From contig NW_025767024.1 in the NCBI RefSeq assembly GCF_003918875.1, positions 1-64,000 on the forward strand: a DNA stretch of 64,000 bases, in the 5' to 3' direction. The stretch's first letter is position 1; every line of letters starts with the position of its first letter. This document shows, in pieces, positions 13,151 to 26,695 of this stretch. The stretch comes from Haliotis rubra. Taxonomy: Eukaryota. Both the position numbers and the translations under genes were made by a program. The notes beneath the pieces are model-generated. The model ran no database searches. It saw nothing but the letters and a program-made list of their open reading frames with translations, and was not told the origin of the DNA.

Positions 13151-14684
13151 GTATGTAAACTATGCAAGGAAGAGATCTGCCAAAACCAAGCAATATATTA
13201 TTATCACAACTTTTTTAACAATAAATTACCCTGCCATGTAACAGTGTCCAAGTTTGTGCACCCACCATAGAGATATTAGAAAACTGAGACACACACGATC
13301 AGGACATTAGTCTTCATTATCTTCCTTAATCTTAGAATGGTGTAAGAAGAAACCAATATTGTTACAAGCTTAAGCTCAATAGGTCTTTTAGTCTCAGCAA
13401 GGCTAATTACATCAACGCTTTAATGTGACATTAAGTGTTCAGCTCACGTCGACTTAAGATAAATCGTCGTTATTTTCTCTAAACCACAGACAGATTTGGC
13501 GCAGGGACGCTTGGCTGAAAACCTTTTAACATCCGACCTTTGCGTCCTTGTGTTATATAATCAACTATTAATCGTGACATTTAAGGACTTATGGAAAATG
13601 CTGCCTAACAAAAACCCATTAGTGTTGGTGAATCGTTTTATGTATGGATATTACTTGATTGGTCTCTGACGATCAACATATATGCCCAAACCATTCCGCA
13701 GGTTAAGCAACTGGGTCTCCTTGAGAGTCCCGGCATTTACTACTTCAAAGAAGACTATGTCACTTTGAACATCGATGACCAGGAAAATGTTGATTTAAGA
13801 TATAGTAATGGACGAAGAGTGATGACATATAGTGGTGAGGATTTGTGGAGCTGTTGGTATTGTTCTCAAGTCTCAAACATGTAGAGAGACCTTCGCTTCA
13901 AAATGATAAAGATGCATTAACTGATATTATGATATATGATACGCAGTATAGGAGTTTGAATTCCGGTTTTCGAAGTTTAAAGGTCATTAAGTTGGACATG
14001 AGCTTTACCGATTATCTCGAATGATATTGCTGGGAGACAAGGACACATTCTGAGACAAATATCTGAGCTTTTGCTGTTGATTTCCTATTTTTGTCACACA
14101 GATTGGAATATGTAATCAGAAATCATGTAGTTTTGTCACAGCATGTTTCAACGTCATTGGTCTCATCTGAGTCAGTGAGTGAGCGACTGAATTTTGCTTT
14201 AAGGTGAAAAAGCCAGAATTGCAGCTTTTATCAGCTGGTGTGACCTTGAATAAGTGACACATATATTCTTAATGTGCAATCGTTTATTACAATAATGTCA
14301 CATTTTGATAAGAGTGAAAATTGGGAATGATACCAAACAACATTGTGGTCATTGCAATGTCACATATGAACGTCTTCTACCTATCTTTAATCAAACTTTG
14401 TGGAAGCTCTACTAAGGCAGAGAAGACTTTTGTGTCCATTAGGTTCTTTCAAGACATCGACGGAAGAGCATTCTCGATTGTGCCTACATTCATAAGGAAT
14501 CTCTGTTAAAAGCAGAGTCGATTGTTCAATTGTGACTGTGCCATGAGCATATATTTGTTTCAGCAGAATAACAGCTGTGTGAGGTTGTTTGTAAACAAAT
14601 CGCGTCTGGACCAGACAATCCAGTGATTATCAGCATGCGATACGATGACAGGGCATGGTTTATGAATCTCTAAGACATTGTGAT

Positions 14685-15740
14685 CATACGAGGTGTTCGC
14701 GAAAAGGTGAGCGTATCCTGCCCCACCGATAGCACCCATCAGAAACATATGCTAAGTCTACTAATTTGTTCCCCTGAAATAATTTGGGAACTTATGGTAG
14801 AAATGAAAAAGGGAATTGCATCGGACCTCATTTTTGTCACTGGTGCATCAAATTTGGAAATGTCCTCCACATGTCTACCATAAAACTACTTGAAAGCTTT
14901 ACTGAGGCCTTCAATGTTGTAACCTTGCTCAAACAACTTCTGAGCCAGTGTGGTATGGCGCTCTTTGAAATCCTGATAAAAAAGCGCCCGCTCGATTGTA
15001 CCTCAAACGTTGTGAAATATAAACACCAAAGACTGGAGCTGTTGGAATATTGCTAGACATGACAGGGAAGCTGACTATTGACTATTGCACAGTTGAAATC
15101 ATCCCTTTTGTCATACAGCCTTGTGGAGAGTTTCTTGTCACTCTCAATCTTTATGCATAGATCTAAATATGAAACAGTTGAAGCAGTCTCACTTGTCTCC
15201 TTAATTTCAAGCTCAGGTGGGTAGATCGCTGAAAGGGTCATTTCACTGTTCTCTCTTTATTTCTGGCTCTGTGGGTTTACATGAGGGCTCTACGTATTCC
15301 ATGATAATGAATTCACAATAATGTCTATTGTTAGTTTGCAGGATCTTCTTTGTATTGATGGATAAGTCTGTTTCCTTGAATTCCTCTGAATGAAACGTTC
15401 CTGCACTTTTAAGCATGTGAGATCTCTATCAGAACAGCAATGAGTCAGTCTGGACACCCTCAGTGGCGACAACACTGTTGTGTTTCTATTGAACCCGATC
15501 TTGAGTAGCCACATGAGTTTTGACTATTTTCTGGTTGGTTGTACACAGTGGAATTCTTCACAACACAACCTATGGTAGAAACATTACCCTTGCGTGCTGA
15601 AAAATCCATCTTTCTGTATTACTATAGTGCAAATATCCGTTAAGTAGCACTCACCAAACTCAGCATTTCAAAACATCGGCCATGTATCTGACTATTCTAT
15701 TCCTATGTGTCACTTACATAACAAGTTATTTCAGACAAAA
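14685..15740 (-). mobile_element. Penelope-like (Naiad-type) element, internally deleted
   Basis: IYPPELEIKET...SYLDL...LSTRLYDKRDDFN RT C-terminus; conserved 3' motif GGGTGCTATCGGTGGGGCAGGATACGCTCACC; possible GIY-YIG remnant 5' of the RT. Confidence 0.8.
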
Positions 15741-18047
15741 ACTAATCTAGCATTGAACTTGGCAGCTATTTACAGTTTTATTTGACAGCAGAGATAAAAT
15801 GTTTGTTTGTAGTGATTGCCAGTGGCAGCAAATGATAGAAGCGCCAGTAAAGTGCCATGTGCTATCGGTAACTGCGATAATTCGAGAGGTTTCTGGGTGG
15901 GACAAGAACTGCTGACACTTCTTTGACCCATGGTATTGCCAGTTTTGATTGTAAACGACGTTTTACTCTATATGAACCTATTAGGAAATGTCCTTGTGAC
16001 ACAGACAAGGAACACGTTGTAGATTATGGTTGTACACGCTCGTTGCCATTATCCCACTCTTCTCTGTTTTATTAACGAAAGATTCGGTTCTTCGGCCATC
16101 TGTATCATTGAACAGAAAAAAAAAAATGTCACAAATGCCAATAGCATCTTTCGTTTGAGCCAAGTGGGAAATTGTCGTGACGTCCGCAGCGGTACACAAA
16201 GAACAATCATATTCATTGATTTCTCCTCAAGATTTAAAGGGTCATACCAAAGTATCTAAGTATCCGGCGATTCGTTAACCGTATCGAACAGAACACCATC
16301 CAGATGTATGACCCTACAGCCTGACGTGAATTCAGCGGTCAAGCAGATGAGTGTAATCTTTTAAATCATTCCCAAATGCCTTCATCAGGCTCTCCAAACT
16401 CAGTTAGGTGTAAATTGGTTCTGATCAATAAATTTCATTTAGTGAAGTCCTAACAAATTGTGTTTCTGTAGGGTCAGATCTCACTGGTGCTGTGCCTCAT
16501 GTAATCATGTTTAGATGTTTGGCGCAACCTTCTGGTCAGCAATCAATGGCGTGGCCTGGGAATCTGGTTCAGGGTCAGTAGATTAGATGTTCTGGACGCT
16601 TAATAACATAAAGTGTCGATGTTCTGTACTTTGAGGTTTTTCAGAGGTAACGTTATCGTCCAAGGTATATGTAACACTTGGGTCAAATCTAATATTTCAC
16701 TTTCAAGACGTGAAGGAGCGAGGTGAGTATAATACACACAAGAATTAATTTATATCATCAGTAGGTATATCCCCCAGGTAAAGCACGTTGTAAATGGAAC
16801 CACTTTGGGGAAGCCAGCACAGGCATCGCGCTGAAAAGCCCAGATAGCTTATAAACGCGAACCTGGAATCGAGCGCACGTAAGATCCCATCTCCGCAGGG
16901 CGAATTGAGGTGCCTCAGACGATTTGACAACCAATGTCTTTTGTGCACTTTGATTTTAGTAACCAGATATATACTTTTGTTGAAACCAACTAGCATGGCC
17001 CTAATCGGAGCGAATGCGGCTTTTGAACCCTAAATAATTCTCTTATGTCTAAGAGACGCGACTCATAGCTAATTGTGGCAATATAGAACAAACTTTCTAT
17101 ATTCTAACTTCCCAACTTCTAAAATGCCACTCAAAGAAGTTAATTGTGGCAACTTAGACGAAACGACCTTCCGAAGCTTCTTCACGAAATGCCTTAAAAC
17201 ATCATATAAGATGCCATACCAGACAAGATAAGGTAAGACTATTTATCATCATTTAATTGTCAGCAACTAAATTCACAGTGAATACGTACCCCAAACTATA
17301 CAATATATGGTATAAATGTAGGTGCTAAATTTGTGCTATTTAAACTGGCATGAGATTTTGCAGTTGCATGATACTTACAGGTAAAGCAATGAAAACAACA
17401 AACCTCCTTCCACATCAAAAATATATCTGCTAAAGGCCAGACCAGGTATATGCAGGACAAGAGATTTGAGAGTATTGAAAATAATGCCACTCGGGGTCAG
17501 AATCCTATGAGTGAGTTGGGTTTAACAGTATTCTAATTACATCATTCCGTGTCAGCTTAACGTGGGAGGAGAGTCGTAATGTGATGCAGATGTCAGACCA
17601 CTACCATACACAGGTATGTGACACCGTGACTTACCGTTGAAGCGAACCGGTACAACCAGCAATCGTGGATATCCAGCGTACTAACGAGAGACGACCCTGC
17701 ATAACAAACAGAGGCCTCAGACAACCAGTCTCTCGATACTCCTTTCTCGGCTCATAAGAACGTTTGGGATCTTTTTATTCCAAACCCCGGGCTTCATAAT
17801 AAAACAGATCATGATACCCGCACATTACGTTTATTTGATAACGAATAATGAGTCTCATCGCATGCTAAAGAATCTGAACTGATACATGACATCAGGAGCA
17901 GCATTGTAAATGTGGTAGTAAAGAGAGGATTTGTCATTATGTCATTCCAAACAGTTCTGTTTATCTGCACTTGTAGCACCGGAACGTAGTCTGTCAAGAA
18001 CCGACAGGGGCCATACGTTATATCAAACCCTGCTTAAATGTTACACT

Positions 18048-20185
18048 ATGCCTCGCTTATGTTCTGCTACCAAATGTCAACTGAAACACAGCTTCCCCTA
18101 TCCTAGCACTCCTTCTAAGTGTCTCCGGAAGGAGAATAAAAAACCCGAAGTGTTTCTTTGGCGCCAATCGATTGAACTCATTCTTAACTTCCAACATTTC
18201 CCACATAGTGTTGTTTGCTCTCCTGATGACTTTGTGGACATTTTGTATTACCAGGAACCACGCAGATGGTCAAGGAATGAAAAGCATTCAGAAACACTTT
18301 TGAACTCGGCGAAGCACAAAGTACAGATTGTTTAAACAAGATCATAATATTATCTGAAGCTGAGGATTTTGTGCTGCTCATCGGCGCATGAGCACACATA
18401 TAGAATGGGGAAGCTGACAACATGTCCACTGCAGCTGGTGCGTAGTAATCTGAGGACAAATGATTGAAACGAAAGAAATATTCTCTGCTCCATTCTTAGA
18501 ATAACCATGTAATATGCTTCTTCTGGAAATTTAAACCCATTGTCTTTGAAAATACAGTTTTCAGATTGATAAAAAGAGAGTTGTTCGGTTGAAACGCAGC
18601 ATGGAATGAATGGTTCCGAAGCAAAGAATGTGCCTAAGGGGCTAAAATCAATAACTTCAGCAAATCAACAATATTGACTGTTGAATTTAACTGTGTCTCT
18701 TATTTAATTCAGTTTGAATCACAGAGCAGAACATCTGTAAGTGACCTTTATTAATGCCGTGTTTTTACAGAACGGAGGGGCAAAATGTCACGTATTTTAG
18801 CGTACATAATTTCATGAGTGAGAACGTTAGTTTTGCTCTTTTTTAACAATATTCCAGCAATATCACGGCTGGGGGAAATGAAATGGGCCTCATACATTGT
18901 ATCAATGTGGGGAATCGAGCACGGGTCTTCGACGTGACGAGCGAACGCTTAAACCACTAGGCTACCCCACCATCCCCATAATGTCTACTACGTAGATGAT
19001 TTCAATACAAAACGATATAGGATAGAGAAGAATAAAGAATAGAATTAGGCAATGCACTCTGCTCTATAACTAAAAAAATCCTGACAACTTTAGCATCGCT
19101 GCATTTGTGAAATATTTGTTCTAATGTATATAATTTCATTTGGATATACAAATGATGTTTCGATATACAGAAATAATACAGTCACCTCTATCATTTCTTC
19201 TACAAGAGAGTAACTTTTCGTTGCAACATTGACACACGATGATAATACTGAATTACTGCTCAAAGTGGCTTTAAACCAAACTCGATCATTCTAAAATGTC
19301 AATAACTTCAAGTTTGCTAGAAGTAGAGAAAAGAACATCGTTAGGGCATTGACGTTAACCCTACAAAATCGAGCTCTCTACAGTTGACAAGACAGTTATG
19401 GAGATACGCGACGCCAATTAAGACACGAACCATCTTGTGATACTGGCGATACTGCACAGACAACACACATATAATGTGGGCTGCAGACAAGTGAGCATGT
19501 GGCCAGGACAGCCGTGGTCATCAATCTGCAGGTCTGTGGGGATAGTTAATGTGCTTCTGACGTCTATGTGCAGTCCCAAAGAGACCAACACCAGACTGTG
19601 TGAAGACATAGGATTACGTCTTATGACCAAACCAGACAGTCTGTGAAACTCCGCGGATAATCAGCCTCTCATGTCTACCATGCAATTTGTCTTCTTGTAT
19701 ATAAGAGCAATGGTAATCCCATTTGCTTGGTCATACCTTATATCGCTATGAGAAAGGGTGAGGACGCCCCTTAAAGTGTTATGGAATTGTCACCGTATAA
19801 AATACCGTCCATCTCTTTTACAATTTGGAAGTTGTTCACAGTCTAGTTTCTGTAATGGATTTCATTCTGTGGTGTTTTTCACTAAGGAACAGAATTTGTT
19901 TAAGTTATTTGAAACAATTGAAAAGACATTCGTGAGTGAGAAAGTAGTAATCTATTGAAAAAAGGTTATTTTGTTTCAAGCGTTTCAGTTTCAATAGTGC
20001 AGAACTTATGTCAAAGGACGAATTATGAAATCGTTCACATCCATAAGCACCAGACAAAGAAACTGGAAAATACATTAACGAAGCCGTCTAATTGTACTAC
20101 ATAACAACCACTAACTTGAGAAGTCCTCGCCGAACCTGTCCGACCACAAATAAAAATGGCAATGCATCAAAGCAATTCAAACGTC
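18048..20185 (+). mobile_element. Degenerate Kolobok-type THAP + DDE transposase relic (copy 2)
   Basis: MPRLCSATKC...HSFP...WRQSI...PHSVVCS-PDDF is a THAP-domain pattern; downstream motifs as in copy 1. Confidence 0.6.
18816..18977 (-). mobile_element. tRNA-SINE type A
   Basis: Absent from duplication copy 1; CATAAT direct repeat at both ends. Confidence 0.9.
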
Positions 20186-20699
20186 TGGAACAGAGATGAG
20201 GAAGCAACGCTAGTGGCAGAATCAAATTAATGTGACTCTACAGGCCTCTGACAATGAGGACGCGGTTCAACAAGTCTAGAACTGGTAATTCTGCTTTCAA
20301 GCCTCGTGTAATTTTCTGTTGGAGATGAGAGTTGGGTCTTGTGTATTGTGGTAATCATCAGTTGTTAGATGTATCTACACCATAACTTTGTGTTACTAGA
20401 GAACCAGATCGGTGTGGGAACAGCTTGAAATTAACTTGCAAGGACCGTCAGTTTGTCATTTTATTTTTATTAGTTTTCTAGTAATATTGGACCAGATAGC
20501 TTGACTGGACAAGCTAGTCCAGTGATTGCTGTTGTAAGCAACAGTTCACACCTTCGGGGTACGATGATCCGGAAACAACCAAGACAACGATTCTCACTAC
20601 CTAATTGGAATTCAGTTGATCTTACGACCAGCAAGGGTTAACCCCGGATCTAACCCGCAACAAATCATTTTCACGATCCCAGGCCTTCCCACCCCCCAC

Positions 20700-21480
20700 C
20701 CGACGATCTAACCAACATCATCTCCTCCTTACCCGGCCGCCCTACACGACGATCTAACCAACAGCATCTCCTCCTTCTCTGGCTCCCTACATGACGCTCT
20801 AACCAACATCATCTCCTCCTTCTCTGGCTCCCTACATGACGCTCTAACCAACAGTATCTCCTCCTTCTCTGGCTCCCTACATGACGCTCTAACCAACATC
20901 ATCTCCTCCTTCTCTGGCCCCCTACATGACGCTCTAACCAACATCATCTCCTCCTTCTCTGCCCCCCTACATGACGCTCTAACCAACATTATCTCCCCCT
21001 TTCTCTGGCTCCCTACACGACAATCTAACCAACATCATCTCCTCCTTCTCTGGCTCCCTACACGACGCTCTAACCAACATCATCTCCTCCTTCCCAGGGC
21101 ACTCTTCTCAACAATCTAACCAACATCATCTCCTCCTTCCCCGGCCTCCCTACACGACGATCTAACCAACATCATCTCCTCCTTCCCCGGCCTCCCTACA
21201 CGACGATCTAACCAACATCATCTCCTCCTTCCCAGGGCACTTATCTCAACAATCTAAACCAACAGTATCTCCTCCTTCTCTGGCCTCCCTACACGACGAT
21301 CTAACCAACAGCTTCTCCTCCTTCTCTGGCTCCCTACATGACGCTCTAACCAACATCATCTCCTCCTTCCCAGGCTTCCCTACACGACGATCTAACCATC
21401 TCCACCTTCTCTGGACGACCATCTAACCAACATCATCTCCACCTTCCCTGGACGACCATTTGACAACATCATCTCCGCTG
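20700..21480. repeat. 45-bp minisatellite, about 17 units
   Basis: Unit CTCTAACCAACATCATCTCCTCCTTCTCTGGCTCCCTACATGACG. Confidence 0.95.
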
Positions 21481-22125
21481 TTAGTGGTCTCCCTTAACGT
21501 CGGCCTGGACAACATACGCTTCACTTCCCTTGGCCTTAATGAATAACCTTTCTTCCACTCTCCTGTCCTCGCTCTTCTACAATGTTTCCCTCATTTCCCC
21601 CGGCGTAATTTTCCACCCCCTCCGAAAACTCATTGTCTCCTCAATATCCGCCATCTCCCCCATTTCCGAGGAGGTTCCGTAGTCTCGTCGTCGTTCGCCC
21701 CATTGTGCCTGGGGTAAGCAGGCCGAGTAATAATGTTAGTAAACAACATTAAAGTACTTCCACAGCAGGCTGGGCTTAATGGCGGTCTAAGTGCTGAGGA
21801 AATATAGTTAACATCGAGTATCGACCTCACCATAGGTGCCGCATGTTTACATATTCCTATTATGAAACTCTTCCTGGCGTCGTATCAAAGAGAAGCAGTT
21901 TAAGTCAATTTATTCTGAGACTGTGATAAAAGGATGTGACAAGTTAACCGATATTATGTTTGTATTTGAAGTCTTAGATTCACTGATTAACACAGACTAT
22001 GGTCCCAGTTCCCTATAAAAAGCATATATATTCTGTGGGGGACTAAACGTGGGACAGTGAGTGAGTGAAAACATGTTCTTCTTTACTGGTCCTAGCGAAC
22101 TGAGTGAGTGAAAACATCGTTTAAT

Positions 22126-22287
22126 GAGTGAGTGAGTTTAGTTTTACGCCGCTTTTAGCAATATTCCAGCAATATCACGGCGGGGACACCAGAAATGGGC
22201 TTCACATTGTACCCATATGGGGAATCGAACCCGGGTCTTCGGCGTGACGAGCGAACGCTTTAACCACTAGGCTACCCCACCGTCCCC
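22126..22287 (-). mobile_element. tRNA-SINE type A, full length
   Basis: GGTGGGGTAGCCTAGTGGTTAAAGCG...GGGTTCGATTCCC...(ACTC)n tail. Confidence 0.95.
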
Positions 22288-22738
22288 GTTTAGTGAGTCT
22301 GTGAGTACGTGAAGCTATGGTTTTGATCAGTGAATTGGGCTAATGGTAGGTGTCTACTCGTCTGGGACTCATCATCCGATCGTGGGCTAGACTAGTCTAG
22401 TTTTGGCCCGTTTATGAGTCAACGATTTTTCATAAACCTACCCGTGTTTGTGTGTTTCATAAAGGTGGTTAATGCCTGACTATAATACTCACTCACTCCA
22501 GTGTGTCCGAGAAATAAACACGTTGACCAGATCATATAGGTTACCTCTGTATACTCAACTCAGGTCAGCGTTTGTGTGATGCACAATTCATCAGAAGACG
22601 CCATATTCTGACAAGCGAAGATCATACTTCAGGCATGATGGCTGATCAATAACGACTGCTTTACCGAGGACATCAGATATCGCCAAGGCAATGGCTATAT
22701 GAGGACACGGGAGTTGTGATCCTTCGTTAATGACTCAC

Positions 22739-22756
22739 CTTCAAAATCCCTTTAAT
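22739..22756 (-). CDS. Candidate 18-nt micro-exon
   Basis: caccttctattacag|ATTAAAGGGATTTTGAAG|gtgagt. Confidence 0.25.
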
Positions 22757-23564
22757 CTGTAATAGAAGGTGCTGAAAGTCAACCGTTGTCAACAGATTAC
22801 ATATTAGCCTACACTAGGCAACGAATTTGAAAAGTGGGCCAATGTGGCACCATCTCCAGTCTCATAAAAAACATACAGGTCTGTTTTGTTCAACTGACAT
22901 TAATACCATGAGACAATTCAAGTTTTGAACGACTGTTAATAGGTTTTGATACGGTATTACTGCTTTCGATATACGATGCATTACTGACCAAGGATTGGGT
23001 ACTTTTTACAATCTTACATTTAACCCGTATTCCATACATGCTGTACAGTTATGTTTCATTTTTCATTTATATAACAAATTGAGATGTTTCACAAATGTGT
23101 TTGAACGATTGTTGTCCCCCTTTGCAGTGCTCCTGCACTTGTATATAAATGTGACTTTCCTTCGATACCTTCGAGTAATGTACGCATATATACTTTGAAT
23201 ACCGGGACAAAAATCAACATATAATTAATGCTTGTATATTACTAAGCATGCTCACTGTCTCGTTGTGCATAATTTTCTTTAGTAAAAGGCAAATTATGAA
23301 ACCTTGTCATGACCGAACCTTACACCTTGACATCGTAGGCGTCCTTTTAAATGAACGTACACTCACATTAATAAAACAGCATACATTTATCATGTATTTT
23401 GTCAGCAATTATTACATGGCAGTACTGACAGTGCACACCACTCTCTGTATACCTGAATTCCTTGGAAGACGTGTAGAAGACGTTTATTCAGTAGAAAGGC
23501 CAAAGGCCCAGGTAGATGTCATAACAAACAATAAATGCATACAAGGTTGTGGTGTTGGTGGTTA

Positions 23565-24270
23565 GAGAGTTGCCTACATGAGTAAACTGGTAAAAGTTTA
23601 TCATTTCAATACAAGGATGGATTAATTAATTTGGCGTTGCCTAAGCTACGATCTGGTTGCACCGGTCTTGTTTGGGGTAATTTTGCAACATGTCGTTTTC
23701 CTGCGGTTTGGTTACATCAGGTCACTGAACTCATTCTCCTAATTCCTTGCGATTTCAAGCTATTTACACGTCAGTGTGAAATATTTTCCTATATTTGTGT
23801 CAACGCATATTCGAACTTCGAACCTGACCTTACCTTCACTATAATACTTTCTGGATAAATCTGACTGTGGTTAGCTGACAGTCAACGTCAATGATATCCC
23901 TTTACTATTGATGCCTGCTAAAATTCTTAAACTAGGGGCGACGGGGCAGTGAGATGCTTAAAGGGGTTATTGGTCACGCCAAAAGTCCGGGTTCGAATCC
24001 CCAAGTGGTCCATTCCTGGTAACATTCGCTGTTACATTGCTGGAATATTTCCAAGAGTGGCAAAAATGCACAGTCCATCACTCACTGGTGCCACTACACG
24101 CTGTTCAAGAGGTATCATGACCCATTGTTTAGGGTATATTTCTACTTGAGACGTTGTGATGTCTGTCAAAAGAAACATAGGCTGAATTTTTAAGACAGTT
24201 CTAAACATGTGAGTCAGATCAACTGAAAATGCATAATGCTCATCAAGTTCTAAATGCAAAGTGAATACAC
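23565..24270 (+). pseudogene. Copy A of a triplicated decayed coding-like segment
   Basis: NLALPKLRSGCT...ATCRFPAVWLHQVTELILLIPCDF; differences from copy B are enriched at codon third positions. Confidence 0.4.
23935..24085 (+). mobile_element. tRNA-SINE type A, degenerate (duplicated with its segment at 26333-26502)
   Basis: B box GGTTCGAATCC and tail. Confidence 0.75.
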
Positions 24271-25254
24271 ACCGTCCTTAGTCCACAGGGCTAGTAATGG
24301 CAAGCATACATCTCAACCTACACTTCATTTATTTAATAGGAAAGCAGATGACAACGCATTTACCTCTCTCCCTTACATCACCAAGATCAAACAATCCAAC
24401 ATTTCCACAATGCAAAGACTACAGTTTGAAAGTCACAGAATATGAAACGTATTGTTTAAATCTGACATTTAACTTTACAATCTGATATGACCGTTACATA
24501 AATGTTTCATTGCTACCTTCAATCTGATCAAAGCAATATTTGTTCTTCTGAAATCAAAACATCTGACATTTAAAAAACAATGAAATCAAGTGATGGATCT
24601 AAGACCGTATAAGAAACCAAAATACAATACTGTTATGTTTAAAGTATTGATTGGCCTACATGAAAACATGAAACATGTGCCACTTATAATAACATGAAAA
24701 CCTTTATCTGTGTGAAATGTGTTTCTGTATTTTTAACTGGTAGTTACACATGTTTTAAGAAATCACAGCATTTACGTATAGAAGTGCTGCGGTATTCGAA
24801 TGCATTTCTTTTAATTGTTATTGCTTTATTCAGTTGACAGCAATATTTGCCAAAGCCTGACATCCACATTGCCTTACACGCGTCTTAAAAGCAATCAAGT
24901 GCTTTCAACATATTCAACCCCTATTGTGCTTAGTGGCTGAATCTGATGGTATCGCAATGTTACCGTTTCCTTACCATATCCTTCAGCGTGACCAAAATAA
25001 GGCCAGTCGAAATCGGTTTCGGAGGATAATCGAGACTAGGTATTCTCTAGCCTTGATGCTTTACATTTTCAGACATCAGACAAAAGGTTGATCACTGAAG
25101 TTATGAATGGTATGAGCCGTCCAACAAAATATACAATATCTTGGAACATGAGACATTAAAATACACGGTGAGACATTAACTTTGCACAAATCGAGAAAGC
25201 AGCAATAATTAGAATCGACGTGTCATATTGAAGTACGAAACGAGACAAATCAAA

Positions 25255-26695
25255 CTAGTCAGCGAACCTATATCAATATCGCCCATTAGCCTTTACATTT
25301 GCTTTATCTGTTTCAGTGAAACATAGAACACAACGAACCAAATACGACATGGAATCATTGCAAGACTTAATGTGCACAAATTCTCTCAGGTACAACATAA
25401 CAGCTGGAGTCTATCCCTATGGACATTAGATCTTCGCCTGATAATAAGTGACTGAAACCGACAGGCTGTTCCGTGAGGAGATGTTAAAAGCATGTTTGAA
25501 TGTCACTCAACGCTTCCTTGTCAGGTAATTACAGGCAAATGACTTCCATAGAGCTCTCCAACCTTCGGGCTCTGGGCTCATTAACACTAAAGTAAAGAAC
25601 ATCGAAGAGAGTGACAGCAAACGAGTTTAATGTTCAACTCGCTCAGAAATGTCAATAACAGTTGAATGACGTACATCTTGAGGTGATATTGTACCTGGCA
25701 AAGAAGGACGATGGCTTTGGAATGGATTGACACCAGATGGATAATGCAATCAGATGCAGATAGAAATGAAACTGTTTCCATTACTACAAATGCTGCCAAG
25801 GGAGTTCTCATCGGATTCCGTTTTAGTTGTGATTAAATACAGAGGAATGAAACAAGCGGAGTAATGAGAAATATTTATTAAAACTTTGGTAAATAACAAA
25901 TATCGGCCGGCCTTTGGCCTCTATGAGTAGATTGGTAAAGGATGTCCATGTAAATACGAGGAAGGAATAATGAATTTGGCGTTGCCAAGGCTGCGATCTG
26001 GTTGCACCGAGCTTAAAAAGTTTATTGGTCATGACGAAGGTTCGGGTTCGATTACCCAGGTGGGTACACTGCGTGAGGTCCATTGCCGGTAATGGTGTTT
26101 TAACGCAACAGGTCGTTTTCCTGCAGTATGGTTGCATCATGTCACTGAACGTATTCGACTGATCCCTTGTGATTTCACGATAGTTACCCATTTACCATAT
26201 TTGAGTCCACGCATATGCAACCAGCGAACCTGGCCTCACCTTCACTAAAATAATTTCTGAATTAATCTGACCGTAGCGGGCTGACACAGTTATTATTCCT
26301 ATACCATCAATATGCTAAAACTGTTTAAATATGTGGCGATGAGGTAGTCTGGTGGTTAAAAGACCTACTGGTCATGTCGAAGGTTCGGGTTCGATTCCAC
26401 GGGTGATCACACTGTGTGAGGTCAATTTCTAAGTAATATCTGCCTGGCGTATTTATAGAATATTTCTAAGAGTAGCGTAAAGGCAAAGTCACTCACTCAC
26501 TGGTGTCATTGAAAGCACTGCTCAAGAGATACTATGCCCCACTGTTTGGAACATATTAATAATTAAGATGTTGCAATTTGTGTCTAAATGAGAGAAGCCT
26601 GCTGAAGCTGTTTATTTAAGACAGTTTTAAACATGTGAGGCAAATCGACTGAAAGTGTATAATACTCATCGATTTGAAAGTGCAAAGAGAATCTA
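25255..26695 (+). pseudogene. Copy B of the triplicated segment (SINE fragment inserted at about 26012-26090)
   Basis: Acceptor tttatctgtttcag, MESLQDLMC..., NLALPRLRSGCT...ATGRFPAVWLHHVTERIRLIPCDF; multiple stops. Confidence 0.4.

Larger units (their letters stand above)
17899..20690 (+). repeat. Segmental duplication, copy 2
   Basis: Aligns to 1-2640; carries an extra SINE at 18816-18977 and is followed by an expanded minisatellite. Confidence 0.95.

Noticed and set aside
23690-23770. Conserved in-frame TGA (possible selenocysteine) in the minus frame of copies A and B
   Set aside because: Copy C has TAC there, other stops occur in that frame, and the plus frame is open
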